From Minutocellus sp. GHC0000111 (Eukaryota): a DNA stretch of 64,000 bases. How positions within the stretch are numbered: position 1 is the first letter of the stretch; the number at the start of each line of letters is the position of its first letter. The notes beneath the pieces are model-generated. The model searched no databases. It saw only the letters and a program-made list of their open reading frames with translations, and had not been told where the DNA came from. Shown here piece after piece: positions 10,836-22,249 of this stretch. The position numbers and the translations under genes were made by a program. The stretch is from assembly GCA_977018835.1 (NCBI GenBank), contig OZ361259.1, positions 4,154,001 to 4,218,000 of the forward strand. Reading direction: 5' to 3'.

Positions 10836-12266
10836 CTACAAATCCACAACTATCGACCTGGCTTCGGGCCGGTACTGTCTTGTCTTGACTCCAGCCATCT
10901 CAAACATAATTCTACTAGCTCTGCAGCCATCAGTATCGTGGTAATAATCGTTGAGATACACAACTTCTCTAATGCCCGCCTGGATGATGACCTTGGCACA
11001 ATCGTTGCACGGAAAAAGTGCGACATAAATGGTAGCACCTCGCACGTCTGCCGAACACTTATTCAGAATGGCATTGACCTCCGCGTGAGCCACGTAGCAA
11101 TACTTTTTGTGAAGTTCTGATTTGGCCTTCCGCGACCAAGGCAGACATTCGTCAGAACATCCTCTACAGTCAGAACACGAGAAAGATATTAGATGAGACG
11201 GGTAAAAACACAATCATAACTTGGTAGGCATCTTTCACCACATACATCCAAGCATCAGATTGCAGTTAAAAAAGCTTAGAGTCCCATGATTTGGTCGACA
11301 AAATAGTTGTTGTTGTTGAGCCGTGAGGCCATTCATCACATGCTTGAACGGGTACTAGTAGGAAAATGTAAAGACAAACATCAGCAAAAGAGCAGCTACG
11401 CACCTTGGAAAGCCGTTGTACCCAATGCCAATGATACACTTATTCCCGTCGACAATACACGCTCCAACTTGCGTATTTGGATCCTTGGAACGCTGTGCAC
11501 TAAGGAATGAAACCGCCATGAAATAGGTGTCCCAGGACAAGTACCCTCCTCGTTTGGGAACCACCGACGGTCCTGTTGGATCGTATTTGGCTTCTCTCAA
11601 TAACAAATCCCTATACTTTGTCTGAGCGGCAGAGGCACAAGAGCTCTCATGATTATTGCCGCTACCATCCCCACCTTTCGTAATGTCGGAAATTTTAGAC
11701 GACGGGGACTTTGCCTCACCCTCTTCTTGCGACGAAACCAGCGGACCAAAATCCAACGTGATGGAATTTCGTGTCGCGTTGTACTTCCTCATCGATACTC
11801 CAGCCATTTGAAACACAATTCGTGCGGCACGGTAGGCATCGTCATTTTCTGGCCCATTTTCCAAGTATACCACCTCTTGAATGCGCGACTGAATGATCAC
11901 CTTCGCACATTCGTTGCAGGGGAATCGGGCGACATACATTCGCGACCCTGCGACGTCGGCGCTGCACTTGTTGAGAATGGCATTGACCTCGGCGTGGCAC
12001 ATGAATGGGTCTCGGGTGTGGAGGATTGAGAGTGGCTGCTGTTTTGACGATGTGTTGTCATCGTCGTCGGTCTTCTTTTCTTCATTCTGGCCACTGCCGC
12101 TACCATTGGATGAGAAACTATTAGATATTACATTTGCTGCCCAATCAGACATGCTGGAGCAGCACATGTCCTGGCGCAGCATGGCAAACATGACATGCTG
12201 CCGATCGAATTGGCACGGGATCTGCGTCTCCTTCCACATGTTCCGTAGTGCTTCCTTAATGCTCAT
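10836..12266 (-). CDS. DCTD: dCMP deaminase with a duplicated deaminase domain (first copy lacks its N-half); intron 11403-11164
   Basis: Two HAEVNAILNK...PCNxCAK motifs. SWDTYFMAVSFLSAQRSKDPNTQVGACIV...GYNGFPR|GCSDECLPW precedes only the second. Confidence 0.88.
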
Positions 12267-13569
12267 TTTTCATTAACAGACACACCGGAAAAGTCAAAAA
12301 CACACATATGTTCCTTTATCCACGCTCAACCAATCATCACCTACCTTCCAAGGCCAAACCCAACAGTTCTCCTTCACCACCGATGCCCATGATAGTTGGC
12401 GTCTCTTCCGAGAGGCAACGACAGGTGAATCTGAACACATGACGCATCTTGCATAATTCATCACCGTCAGCGTGTCAACATTTTCAGCATGTCATTCATT
12501 TTTGACACATGCTGCTACACCACTCCTCTGTGTGATTGTAACTGTTCAAGAGAGTGCAATCATCGGATCGGTGCGCCGCCGCAGCAGCAGCATGTCTTCC
12601 AACAACCAGCACGTCAAACGGCCAACCAGCACATCAAAACGTCCAGCGCATCGCTTCCATTCCACAACCAAAGTGCTCCCCGCGTAAAGAGTCTAAAGAC
12701 ACGCGCGAACATGGTGGCACGAAGTGCCGTGGTGCTTCCCCCACGACAAAGAAAACTAGCACGACGAAGTGCCATGGTGTTGAAACTACCTTCTAAAACC
12801 ACTACATGTAGATCTACACATGTTAAAAACACACCCGTTACTCAGACTTTAACAACAACATGCTTCTGCTCGCATTCAACTCATCGGGGCACCCGGGCCA
12901 TCTCTGCTGTGGCGCAAAGCTGTGTCCACACACGAACGAATCTGACTGCGTGCCGGAACGAAGGAAATCTAGCAAACTATCTCCATGCGCGCAGGGCACC
13001 CCCTCCCTGAGCTTGCGTTAGCCACTAGAACATCACCGCATCAGCACTAAACACGCATTGAACGCGTGCTCAGGCTTTTCGTACTAAGCATGCTGCTTGC
13101 TTTTGATCTCATTTTTCAGCATGCTTTTGCTCTCCCTGTCAAATTCGTCTTTCCGTTTTTCGAGTGAGTTTCTAAGTTATTGACGCGGACAGAGGGAAAG
13201 ACGATTTACTGGTTTTCGCTTACTACTAATACTAACTGTGCCCGATTTGTTCGTGCTCGTGATCTCGAATCATCGGCTGTCTGCTCCCTGGAAAGGTATG
13301 TGCAATTCGCCCAGCCAATCCCCGGCCGCTTGGCGGTATCCATCGGAAAGTTCCCGCAACTGTGTGGAAAGTCGATTGAAAGGCGTTCGTGGCGGTTCCG
13401 GCGGGCGGCGAAGATGGTCTGCGACCGAATTCGCGCTGTCACGACCCATGACTCGACTGTTCTTTTCTCTCTTTCCATCGATCTCCTTTCTCACATCACA
13501 CTTTTGTATCGCTCTCCCTCCTTTTGGACCAGGTTTGAGCAACCTGAGATTATACAAACAAACAGCAAC

Positions 13570-13857
13570 ATGCAGATTTTCATCAACTCCGACGCGTACA
13601 CCGTCGAGGCCGACGCCTCGGTCGAGTCCGTCAAGGCCATGATCGAGAACAAGACCTTCGTCCCCGCCCACCTCATCCGCCTCGTCAACGGCGCCGAGGT
13701 CCTCGAGGGCGGCTCCCTCGCCGGCAACGGCGTCGAGGACGAGGACACCCTCACCATGCTCCTCGACGTCAACGGCGGTATGCGCAAGAAGTGGAAGAAG
13801 AAGCGCATGCGTCGTCTCCGCCGCAAGCGCAGAAAGATGCGCCAACGTGCCCGCTAA
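13570..13857 (+). CDS. RPL41: Ubiquitin-like domain fused to ribosomal protein eL41 (eS32)
   Basis: A 70-aa MQIF...VNGG ubiquitin-like domain is followed by 25-aa MRKKWKKKRMRRLRRKRRKMRQRAR, matching eL41. Strong C-ending codon bias suggests high expression. Confidence 0.92.
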   Translation: MQIFINSDAYTVEADASVESVKAMIENKTFVPAHLIRLVNGAEVLEGGSLAGNGVEDEDTLTMLLDVNGGMRKKWKKKRMRRLRRKRRKMRQRAR

Positions 13858-14333
13858 GCACTCTCTCATCTTGAGAGTGTGTGCAGTGGATACATTGCCT
13901 TGGGGTGGAACGATGTGATGTGCGGGGGGAGGTTTCTCGAGGGATTTTTGTTGTGGCGGATTGTGGCCCAGACCAGACCTTGGCTTGCTTTGGCTGGCGT
14001 TGGTGACTTGAAGCGACGATGATTCTCTCTCTTCCTCCCTGCCGTTTTTTGCCTTCTTCAACTGCGACTTTGTTGTTGGCGAGAGGAATATGGGTCTTGT
14101 TTCTTTTGGTGCCGGGGATACTCTTGTTCTTCTTTCATTAGTACAGCTACTGAAAGGGGAAGTAGAATAACTTGTACTTATAGAACCAAATCTGTATAAC
14201 CAACCTGGTCGTTGAAAGCATGAGATGATGCGACGGGAAAAGAGGCGTCGTTCAATCAGAGGGGGACAAAATGGGATCCCCCCTCCTCGTCGATGATTCA
14301 CTCATTATTATTATTCCAGCGGAGCCTCCCACC

Positions 14334-15002
14334 ATGTTCAGCAGATGCGCATCTCTATCATCTGCGGCTCTACGCCGGCAATGCTTCTCGCCCAATAACA
14401 GCCTGCGGTTGCAACCGTTCTGCCATCAGTCGGCAGGAGCAGCTGCGAACAGAACCACCGCAGCATCGCCTGCGACTTCGGCGGCAGGACCTTCCTGTCG
14501 TCATCGCATTGGGAACAATCTCACTGCCACCAAGTTATTGGGTAGATCACGGTCTCTGCTGCAAAGATCACGATACTTTTCAACCAGCGGCAATGGTGGA
14601 GGCGGGGCCAAGCCACCGTCGTCCAACCAAACGTTTCTGCAAAAATGGATGGCACCAAAGGAAATGCCGCCACGGTGGACCCTGCGATGGTACGGAGAGA
14701 TGGCACTGCTATGTACCGTATTCGCCATCACGGGCACATCGACCATGGTCCTGGTGAGGCCGGCCGTATCGGACGTTTTGGGGTTGAAGGGCAGCTTGAA
14801 GGAGGGGCCGTGGAGCTATCGCATCTGTTCGCTGGTGATCATGACGCCCGTGTATGCTACACTTTTGGTGTTTGTTGGGACGCTCTTTGGGAGACATGCC
14901 TACTTCCGTTTCTTTGCAGTGAAGATGTTTAGTCGATTTGGTATCCCGCCGGAAATGATGGACGAAACCTATCACATTACGAAGAAGACGTTCCGAAAGT
15001 AG
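14334..15002 (+). CDS. Small membrane protein, DUF6787-like, with mitochondrial-type presequence
   Basis: C-terminal VFAITG...P.Y..LL...G.LFG...YF....KM..RFG pattern; Arg/Ser-rich N-terminus. Confidence 0.55.
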   Translation: MFSRCASLSSAALRRQCFSPNNSLRLQPFCHQSAGAAANRTTAASPATSAAGPSCRHRIGNNLTATKLLGRSRSLLQRSRYFSTSGNGGGGAKPPSSNQTFLQKWMAPKEMPPRWTLRWYGEMALLCTVFAITGTSTMVLVRPAVSDVLGLKGSLKEGPWSYRICSLVIMTPVYATLLVFVGTLFGRHAYFRFFAVKMFSRFGIPPEMMDETYHITKKTFRK

Positions 15003-15138
15003 TGAGGAGAGATAAAAGATTGAGTTGGTGTTATGGATCGATCCGTACAAATTAATTATAATTTAAATTTCAAACTCAACTGAATCAACTCGACTCATGT
15101 TTAGGATCCTAATTTCAAATTACTGCAACCGTTGGGCA

Positions 15139-16041
15139 ATGCGGCTTCCTCTCCTGCTCTCTTCCTCCATGATGAGCCTCCTTCCGGCCGTCGGCGCATC
15201 GACGGTGGTCACCTGCATGGAGGATTGTGCGGCTGAGAATCGGGCGACAACGAGGCCTTGGCACGCAATTGACGCCCTTCACAATACACTCGGTCTCACC
15301 AGGCCCTACCCGTATTACCAGGCTGCTTACGATGCCGAGTATGGAGACAAGCTGCTGAAAAGTGGCGACGGCCAAGGCCCTTCTCCCTTTTCCGAGTTTT
15401 GCAATGTAGGATGTCGATTCTTCCATGCCTCCGAGGCGGAACCCTCGCTCCTATCTGATTGTCTCGAGGTTTGTGATAGCCATTACTTTTACAATGTTAG
15501 CGTTGGGTACTCGGACCCGATGGAGGTGGCTCGGCTGGAATGCCGCGATGGATGCCAATATGCCCTACAGCGTTGCGAAGCAGGTCACTACTGCACGCAG
15601 GTTCGAGTGACATCAGCCAACACTACTCGTACGGTCGGTAATTCGACTGAGGTTAAACAAGACGACGACAACGGTCTCACTTATACCGGTGGTGTCATGC
15701 GCCAGTGTCCTGCGGGGACTTATCGAGATGTCTCTTACGAGGCAGTGGAGAGCTGCATTCCTTGTCCCCGAGGCCGATACAGGGAGAGGACTCGAGGCAT
15801 TAATCTTGATAGCTGCGAGAAATGCCCCGTCGGAACGTACACCGAAACGGTTGGCTCATCCTCGAAGGAACTGTGTCTGCGTTGTCCTGCTGGAACGTTT
15901 ACGACCGAGCCTGGTTCGGCGGAATGCAAATGTATTACCCCTGGCGCCTGTGCCGCGCACCAGCTTCCGTCGCCGGCCGATGCAGAGAAGCGTGATACGG
16001 TGCCATATGCTGGTATGATGAATAATGCGAGCCTCATTTAA
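15139..16041 (+). CDS. Secreted Cys-rich protein with ephrin-receptor-like/GCC repeats
   Basis: Signal peptide MRLPLLL...VGA; repeats CPAGTY, CIPCPRGRY, CEKCPVGTY and CLRCPAGTF. Confidence 0.75.
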   Translation: MRLPLLLSSSMMSLLPAVGASTVVTCMEDCAAENRATTRPWHAIDALHNTLGLTRPYPYYQAAYDAEYGDKLLKSGDGQGPSPFSEFCNVGCRFFHASEAEPSLLSDCLEVCDSHYFYNVSVGYSDPMEVARLECRDGCQYALQRCEAGHYCTQVRVTSANTTRTVGNSTEVKQDDDNGLTYTGGVMRQCPAGTYRDVSYEAVESCIPCPRGRYRERTRGINLDSCEKCPVGTYTETVGSSSKELCLRCPAGTFTTEPGSAECKCITPGACAAHQLPSPADAEKRDTVPYAGMMNNASLI

Positions 16042-16098
16042 AAGGAAATCCCCAAATCGAACCTACATAGCACTGTTAGCCGCCCTACTCTAAACTAG

Positions 16099-16674
16099 CT
16101 AGTCCAAACCGTCATCTTCCTCTTCTGCCTCCTTCTCCAATCGTTCCTTTAGCAATTCGACCAGCGCTCGTTGCGTCCGGCGTTCTAACCGATCGAGCTT
16201 GCCCTTGATATCGCGCTTCAGATCGGCGTTGACCTTTTGAGGTGCCAGCGATGCCAAAGCACCGCCGGGCGCTCCTGCCCCGCCCATCCCATCTTCTCCA
16301 CCGGTAAGGGCCGACGCCTCCGCCTTGGCCTGGAGCATCGCCTCCTCCAACGCGCTGATTGGCTTGTCGCCCTTCTTCCCAGCGATGGCGGTGGCGGCAG
16401 TATTCTCCGTCCGTTGCCGTTTGGTCACGGGCGCACCCGAATCCCCATCCACGTCCATCTTCTTGGAACTACTAGTATCCACGGCATCAACCTCCATCAT
16501 CGCAGCACTCCCCTCGAGCGAGGCATCCTTCGGTGCGTAGTTGCGAAACCGCACCGCCGGTCGGTCGGCATCGGTGGTGGGGGTTGCATCTGCCGTTGGC
16601 TCTCCATCGGACTTGTTGTTCCGACCCGCCCGGGCCGCGAGCGCAGCGAGCCTTGCTTTCCGATCTTCTGCCAT
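16099..16674 (-). CDS. CWC18: Pre-mRNA splicing factor Cwf18/CCDC12
   Basis: RKARLAAL, FRNYAPKD and LAPQKVNADLKRDIKGKLDRLERRTQRALVEL. Confidence 0.88.
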   Translation of the reverse strand: MAEDRKARLAALAARAGRNNKSDGEPTADATPTTDADRPAVRFRNYAPKDASLEGSAAMMEVDAVDTSSSKKMDVDGDSGAPVTKRQRTENTAATAIAGKKGDKPISALEEAMLQAKAEASALTGGEDGMGGAGAPGGALASLAPQKVNADLKRDIKGKLDRLERRTQRALVELLKERLEKEAEEEDDGLD

Positions 16675-16711
16675 GGCTTCTTGGTTGGGGAATTGGGTGA
16701 ACTGTGGTGGC

Positions 16712-16741
16712 TGGTTGTGGTTGTGGTTGTGGTTGTGGTTG
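16712..16741. repeat. (TGGTTG)5 microsatellite in the 5' region of CWC18
   Basis: Seen directly in the sequence. Confidence 0.85.
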
Positions 16742-17274
16742 CAAGGGCCGTCCCTTTGTGGTTGTGGTGGTTATTGGAGCAATGCACGATGGTGATGAGG
16801 GGGAATCCCAAGAATATTTGTGCTCCCCGTTCAAGCATTTCAGAAACTTGATCTGATATTTGCTTCTTCTTTCATCTTCTCTCTCGCTTATCTATCGACG
16901 TACACAACCAGAATGCAACTTGAGAGTCAGTCGAGTATGGAAATGAATATGAAGTTTTCTATGTAATTGATACAGTTTTGTGCTTGAATTGTTGTCACGG
17001 GCTTGTATTTCTTTTCCGCCGAGTGATGGTCCAATGTCTCATTTTCGGCCTCTCTTTTTTTTACTGTGTTGTCAGTCGTTCCTCCTTCTCCTCTCCATCC
17101 GCTTCACCCTACCCATTGTCTATTTTTTCATATTGATACATATTATTGGTACATTGACAAATGTATAGTCGCAGTTGCGTTTTTCCCAAACGAAGGAAGT
17201 CTACTGTCATGGGAAAACTTTGCATGCTGGGATCGATTTTTCTTTCTTCAGCATCATCATCTCGCTTCATTTCA

Positions 17275-17940
17275 TCATGCCCAATCATCTGTTCGATCCA
17301 CAAGCGATGCCGCTTCTCCTTTTCGTGCCAACGGCTTTGCCCTTTGTATCCCTAAGAAGGACATTACATCGACTGGATGAGAAGTAAGAGGTAGCTTGAA
17401 GTCGTCTGGTATTTCACATTGCTGCATGAACACATGAAAAGGGTTTCGGTTCGGTGGTGGCGGGGTTAGAGTGTTTTGATCGAAATTGCAGAAATATCGA
17501 AATATTTAGTATAGTTCTTATCAGAATGGTTGACATCAGGCCTCTCCCCCTGTCTGGCTTACCTCACAATCTTCCCGATTTTTGCAGACCTCCAGCTCCT
17601 CAGTCCAAAGACCGATTTGAATGCCCGCGCTGGTCGTTAAAAAGTTATCGGATAGGACGCTCGATCCTTCCTCCTTCGCCCGGAGGAATAGGATGGCGTC
17701 GTCGTCCATCAGCGCTTCGAAATTATCCAGCCTCTTGTAGGTCGTCTCCAGGGTTTTCCGTGCGGTCTCCACAACCGCGTCGTCTTCGTCGTCATCGTCG
17801 TCGCGGATGCGAGCGTAGAGAGACAGCACTTGTGCACCCGGCAAATGCAGTGGACTCATGTGATACGATGCTACATTCCCGTTGGATATCCATGCGGCTG
17901 CTCCTGGAGCAACGGCGGCAACAAGAAGAGCTCTCTTCAT
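17275..17940 (-). CDS. Putative plastid-targeted small protein A (exons 17940-17563, 17421-17275)
   Basis: Signal peptide + AAA-W; spliced C-terminus CKNREDCE|QCEIPDDFKLP...VDVMSFLGIQRAKPL...DW A*; GTAAGC..CAG intron. Confidence 0.75.
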
Positions 17941-18350
17941 GTCTTCGATCTCTGCGAAGTGCGGGAAGACTGTTGCGGCCGCACAGTGTTAGGGGGGTTA
18001 TTTCACGATCAGATATGGGTTGGTCCCCGTATTATTGAGAGAGAGACGATCGATTCGATGATTTGATTCCATTCATTCAAAAAGAAAGGATTATACAATT
18101 ACAGATTTTTTATTCTATACGCCACTGCTTCTCCCACAAATGTCTCTCACCCTCGGGTCGAAGTTCATGGCATCAGTAGAAGCAGCCATGCCACCGCATA
18201 GATCTATTTCCAGGAAGACCTTCAAAAATCACTGTCATCGGTAAACAACAGCAATCAATCAGATATTCTCAACCAATCATCTTACGACCCACACATGCAC
18301 TCGATTCACACCTGCATGTACGTAGTAGATGTCAAGACCCAATATGAACC

Positions 18351-19054
18351 TCAAGGCTTCTTCTCTTGCTCCGCGTGAATTGGCTTGGCGCGTTTGAGGT
18401 CGAGAAAGTTCATTACATCAACGTGGTCGATACCGGCTTCGTCCCTCGTACCTGGTGCCTTGAGATCCTCAGGGATGCAGTCCTCCTAAAGTTTCAAGTA
18501 AATGAAAATGAGAGAGATAGTATAAATGAAGAGTGAGCTACAACGAAACAACACAATATATATATTGGGATGGGCAAATAATTCCTCAATGAAACTCGAT
18601 TGTGCCAAAAGATATTCCGTCCTTTTCCGACCATCTATGATATTGTGATATCGGCAAAGTCGGCAGAGGGAACACAAAAAACCGTGGCCAAAGAGACACC
18701 AACGGCTATTGAATCCTGTTTAAGCGCTCTCAGTTGTCACTAACTCTGACTTAATCTTTGCCAAATTATCCCGACACCCACACTCACATCAAGATCGTGG
18801 CCACACGGCATGGATTTTATCCACTTCTCCGCGACAAACGACGACGAGTAAACGGTGCTCATTCCACAGTCATCGTCTCCATCGCCGTATACGTCTTGCC
18901 AACAGGGATTCTCGGTAGTTTCCAGCTCTTGATCGCTCATAAATATTCCCGTAGAAGAACTTGGACGAAAATTTCTCATTGCATGGAAGGCGTTGACACC
19001 CATCGGAATTGCGGCAAGCAAAAGAAATGACGACGACGCAAAGGAGACTTTCAT
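18351..19054 (-). CDS. Putative plastid-targeted small protein B (exons 19054-18788, 18485-18351)
   Basis: Signal peptide + VNA-F; NPCWQD...DDDC...SMPCGHDLD|EDCIPEDLKAP...VDVMNFLDLKRAKPI; GTGAGT..TAG intron. Confidence 0.78.
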
Positions 19055-19460
19055 GGTTGGTCTTGGGAGGAAATTGAAATATGACGCGATACGGGGCAGC
19101 GATGTTGGTGGAAACGGGGAAGTGGTGGGGTCAATGGCGATTCCTTCACGACGGCTGAACAAGATCGAGCAGCATATTTATGCCGCGGGCCGCGGGACGG
19201 AGACGGAAACGCCATCAAGCTTTCGATCAAATCAAGCAAATGGCAGTACCTAATCCCGATTGTAATCCCGAAATTGATGTAGAGCTAGGTACATGTGCCA
19301 TGTGTACATGTACTACCGATAAGTCTAGACTAGCTAGTAACTAGATTCTCTGGTCATAAAAATCTCATATGTGCACTAGGAATTCCTAGATCCAAGTTTT
19401 AGAAAGTTGCATCTCTAGACAACGCGTAGATCTACATGCACCCGAACGATCGTTCATCAT

Positions 19461-21018
19461 TCAACCAACCGCTGCTGTTCCCGATGAAGATGACGAACCA
19501 ATGCCTGTAGATTGGGAACTGGATCTCTGATGTTCACCATCCTTTCCTTCTTCTACAAGTCCAGCTTCGATGTCTCCTTCATCTTCATCTCCATTGGCGT
19601 CACCCTCTGATCCTGCGGAAGAATTTTCCTCATTTTGCTCTTCGAGAATCTTTGCGTTTGTAAAGAGGCAGCATGTGATGGAAAGAATGCATCAGTCAAG
19701 TATGCTTTAGGTAGCCTCACCAAACGATGCAAATTGCCACCAATCAAGTAATTTCACGTACCTTGTTCAGTTCCTTCTTGGCGTAGAATGATACAACAAC
19801 AATGGCAAGAACGCCAAAGACAACGCCCACGACAATGGTAACAATTGTAACGACTCCACTATCACCACTGGCCCCACTATCGGCCAGACTGCCTGCCGTA
19901 GCTCCAAGGAAACAGAAAAGAATGGTACCAGGTAATATAAATAGATTCGCCCACGCGTATCTGGATGAAAACAATGGAGCAAAGTTGAAGGACGGAAAAA
20001 AAGATGTTGAATAAGATCATATGTCTCGTCAATGAAAGGAAATTTCGCCGATAACATGGTATTTTACTTACGCCGAGAACGATATGGCAGTTACGCCAGC
20101 TATATAATTGATTGCATTGAAAGGAATCACGGGAGAAAGTCGGAGCAAACTCATGATCCGGAATCCATTCGTTTCAAGAGCTACGATCAGAAATAAAGGC
20201 AAAGGCTTTAGGGATGAGATGCGTTGAAACTAAACATTTGACGCATCAGGCTCTTTGTGGACAGAAGGCCCATAATAATGCATCCCGTCTCACCTTTGTC
20301 AATTGCCTTGAAGAGCTTATACTTATCTGTCCATCCCATAACCCAATCGCGGAGCAGATAACGCCCGAGAAGGAACGCTGTGAGATCACCAGCGACAGCG
20401 CCACAAAAGACGGCAACGGTAGCGAGAAGAACTCCCCATCCCAAGCCGAATGCATTTGCAAACACAAATCCAGCACCGAGGGTGAGGATGGAACCAGGAA
20501 CGAACAACACTACAATTCGTTTGAAAGGAGGGCATGGGTGAGGTGAGGCAATGCAATCAGAGACTGGTAAAAATTTTTTTGAAAGGTCCAAGTCAGTCAC
20601 GCAGTTTGCACGATACGAAAGAAAACTCACCCGTAGCAAGAAAGTACACGCCCATGAAGGCAAACAAACCAGCGACGGGATTGTCCTCGAACCATTTTAG
20701 GAATATTTGAATTCCCTGCGCGACGTATCGGTTTGTGGTGGAATCTACAATAATGTAGATGACAATGCCAAGCAGGATGAGACCGATGACAATCTTCTTT
20801 ATTCGCGCCTTCTTTCTGGCTGCTGCTGCCTCGGGGTCTTCGTCAACAATGCGATCATTTTCGCCACTGAAAGTGTTTGCATCTCGAACTGCAACCCCTG
20901 TGTCCTGTTCGGAGAAACGATCGCTATCAGAGGTGCTCGGCATCGATGCGACGGGTGGCGACGAAGCCTGATCAACAGGAATCGGCACGTCATCGACGGT
21001 CCCATACGTCAACGTCAT
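19461..21018 (-). CDS. TVP38/TMEM64 family (DedA/VTT, SNARE-associated Golgi) membrane protein, multi-exon
   Basis: LFVPGSILTLGAGFVF, AFLLGRYLLRDWV, IMSLLRLSPVIPFNAINY and ILPGTILFCFLGA across GT-AG exons. Confidence 0.85.
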
Positions 21019-21396
21019 ATTTGGCAGTCAAGAATGGAATGCGGCTGGATGAAATGTTTTGTTAACACTTTGGTTTCATCGGTGTATTGGTCTGTGTTGG
21101 TGAAATACTGCCTAAGAAGGAAGAACGACAAAGGCGCGACGGCTTCAGGGATGGGCCCCATCGTCACGAGCGGAAAATGCTCAGGCGGTATCGACGAGCA
21201 CCCCACTCCCTCTTCGCCAAATCGAAAGGTTTTGGCATCGATTTGCGACTGCGGAACGCCGGGCAGAATTCCCGATAACCAAGACGACCACGTCAACGCA
21301 ACAGGGAAGGCCTAACCAGTATCTAGCTAGGTAGCGTGGGTAATACTGCCGATGAAGTGACCACCAGACCTTTTCGGCATCGAAAAGCACCACAGC

Positions 21397-22038
21397 ATGA
21401 GCAGCACGAGAGCTGCATCCGCTGCGTCGTCTCGTCGGACCAAGCAAAGGCTCGTTCAGTTCCTCTTTGGTCCGAAGTATTCTGGGAAGGGAAGGGAGGC
21501 GCATAAGAAGCTTGACCATGCTTCGTATTCCTTTGATGAACTCAGGGCGGCGTTTTTGGAGAGAGCGCATGAAATACATCCGGACAAGCGAAGGGGGGAT
21601 ACCACCGAGACCGACACTTCTGGACACCATGAATTTGTGGAGTTACAATCTGCCTGGGCCGAGTATGAAAAGCTGGCGAAAATGATGACCAAAGTGGGAA
21701 GTGGTAGCTCAGATGCAAACTTTACTCTCTTTGGTGTGGGCTGCTCCTTCTCGGATAACGAATCCGAGCGGGACAAAAGGTCTCAAATAATGGACGAGGC
21801 GGCCAGAGGGTGGTTTACCTCTGGGATAATTACTGAAACAGCAACGAGCTCAAATGAAAATGGCGGTACTTCAAATGGGCCAATGAGAGAAGCTTCTATT
21901 GTGGACGATGACCTGTTTGTTTCGATTTCAAATGATCAAAAATCGAAAGAGCAGAAGGATGACATGCTTTCCAAAAAACCACAAAGAAAGGCATTGGTTG
22001 ACATACCGAAGTACCTACAAAAGCGAGCAGAAAGGTGA
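21397..22038 (+). CDS. J-domain (DnaJ-like) protein
   Basis: ELRAAFLERAHEIHPDK...FVELQSAWAEY. Confidence 0.75.
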   Translation: MSSTRAASAASSRRTKQRLVQFLFGPKYSGKGREAHKKLDHASYSFDELRAAFLERAHEIHPDKRRGDTTETDTSGHHEFVELQSAWAEYEKLAKMMTKVGSGSSDANFTLFGVGCSFSDNESERDKRSQIMDEAARGWFTSGIITETATSSNENGGTSNGPMREASIVDDDLFVSISNDQKSKEQKDDMLSKKPQRKALVDIPKYLQKRAER

Positions 22039-22249
22039 AACCATTGCCCTCCCATTGGTGATTACTAGTAATCACATGTACAAATGTATAATGTTGTCAG
22101 TGTAAATATTGTTGAATTTTCTACCGCAATTATTGAAAATATATCTTTTGCCTGGCATTGCTATCACATCAACTTTTCTTGTCCTCGGAGTTTCATGCCA
22201 GATCAAATCTTTGATATCGACATCTAGTCTAGTAGCTAGTTGAAGAATC

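Noticed and set aside
13270..14301. 343-aa minus ORF and the 130-aa upstream extension of the UBL-eL41 ORF
   Set aside because: They span promoter/UTR sequence; the credible start is ATG 13570 (MQIF, after an AAC-rich leader).
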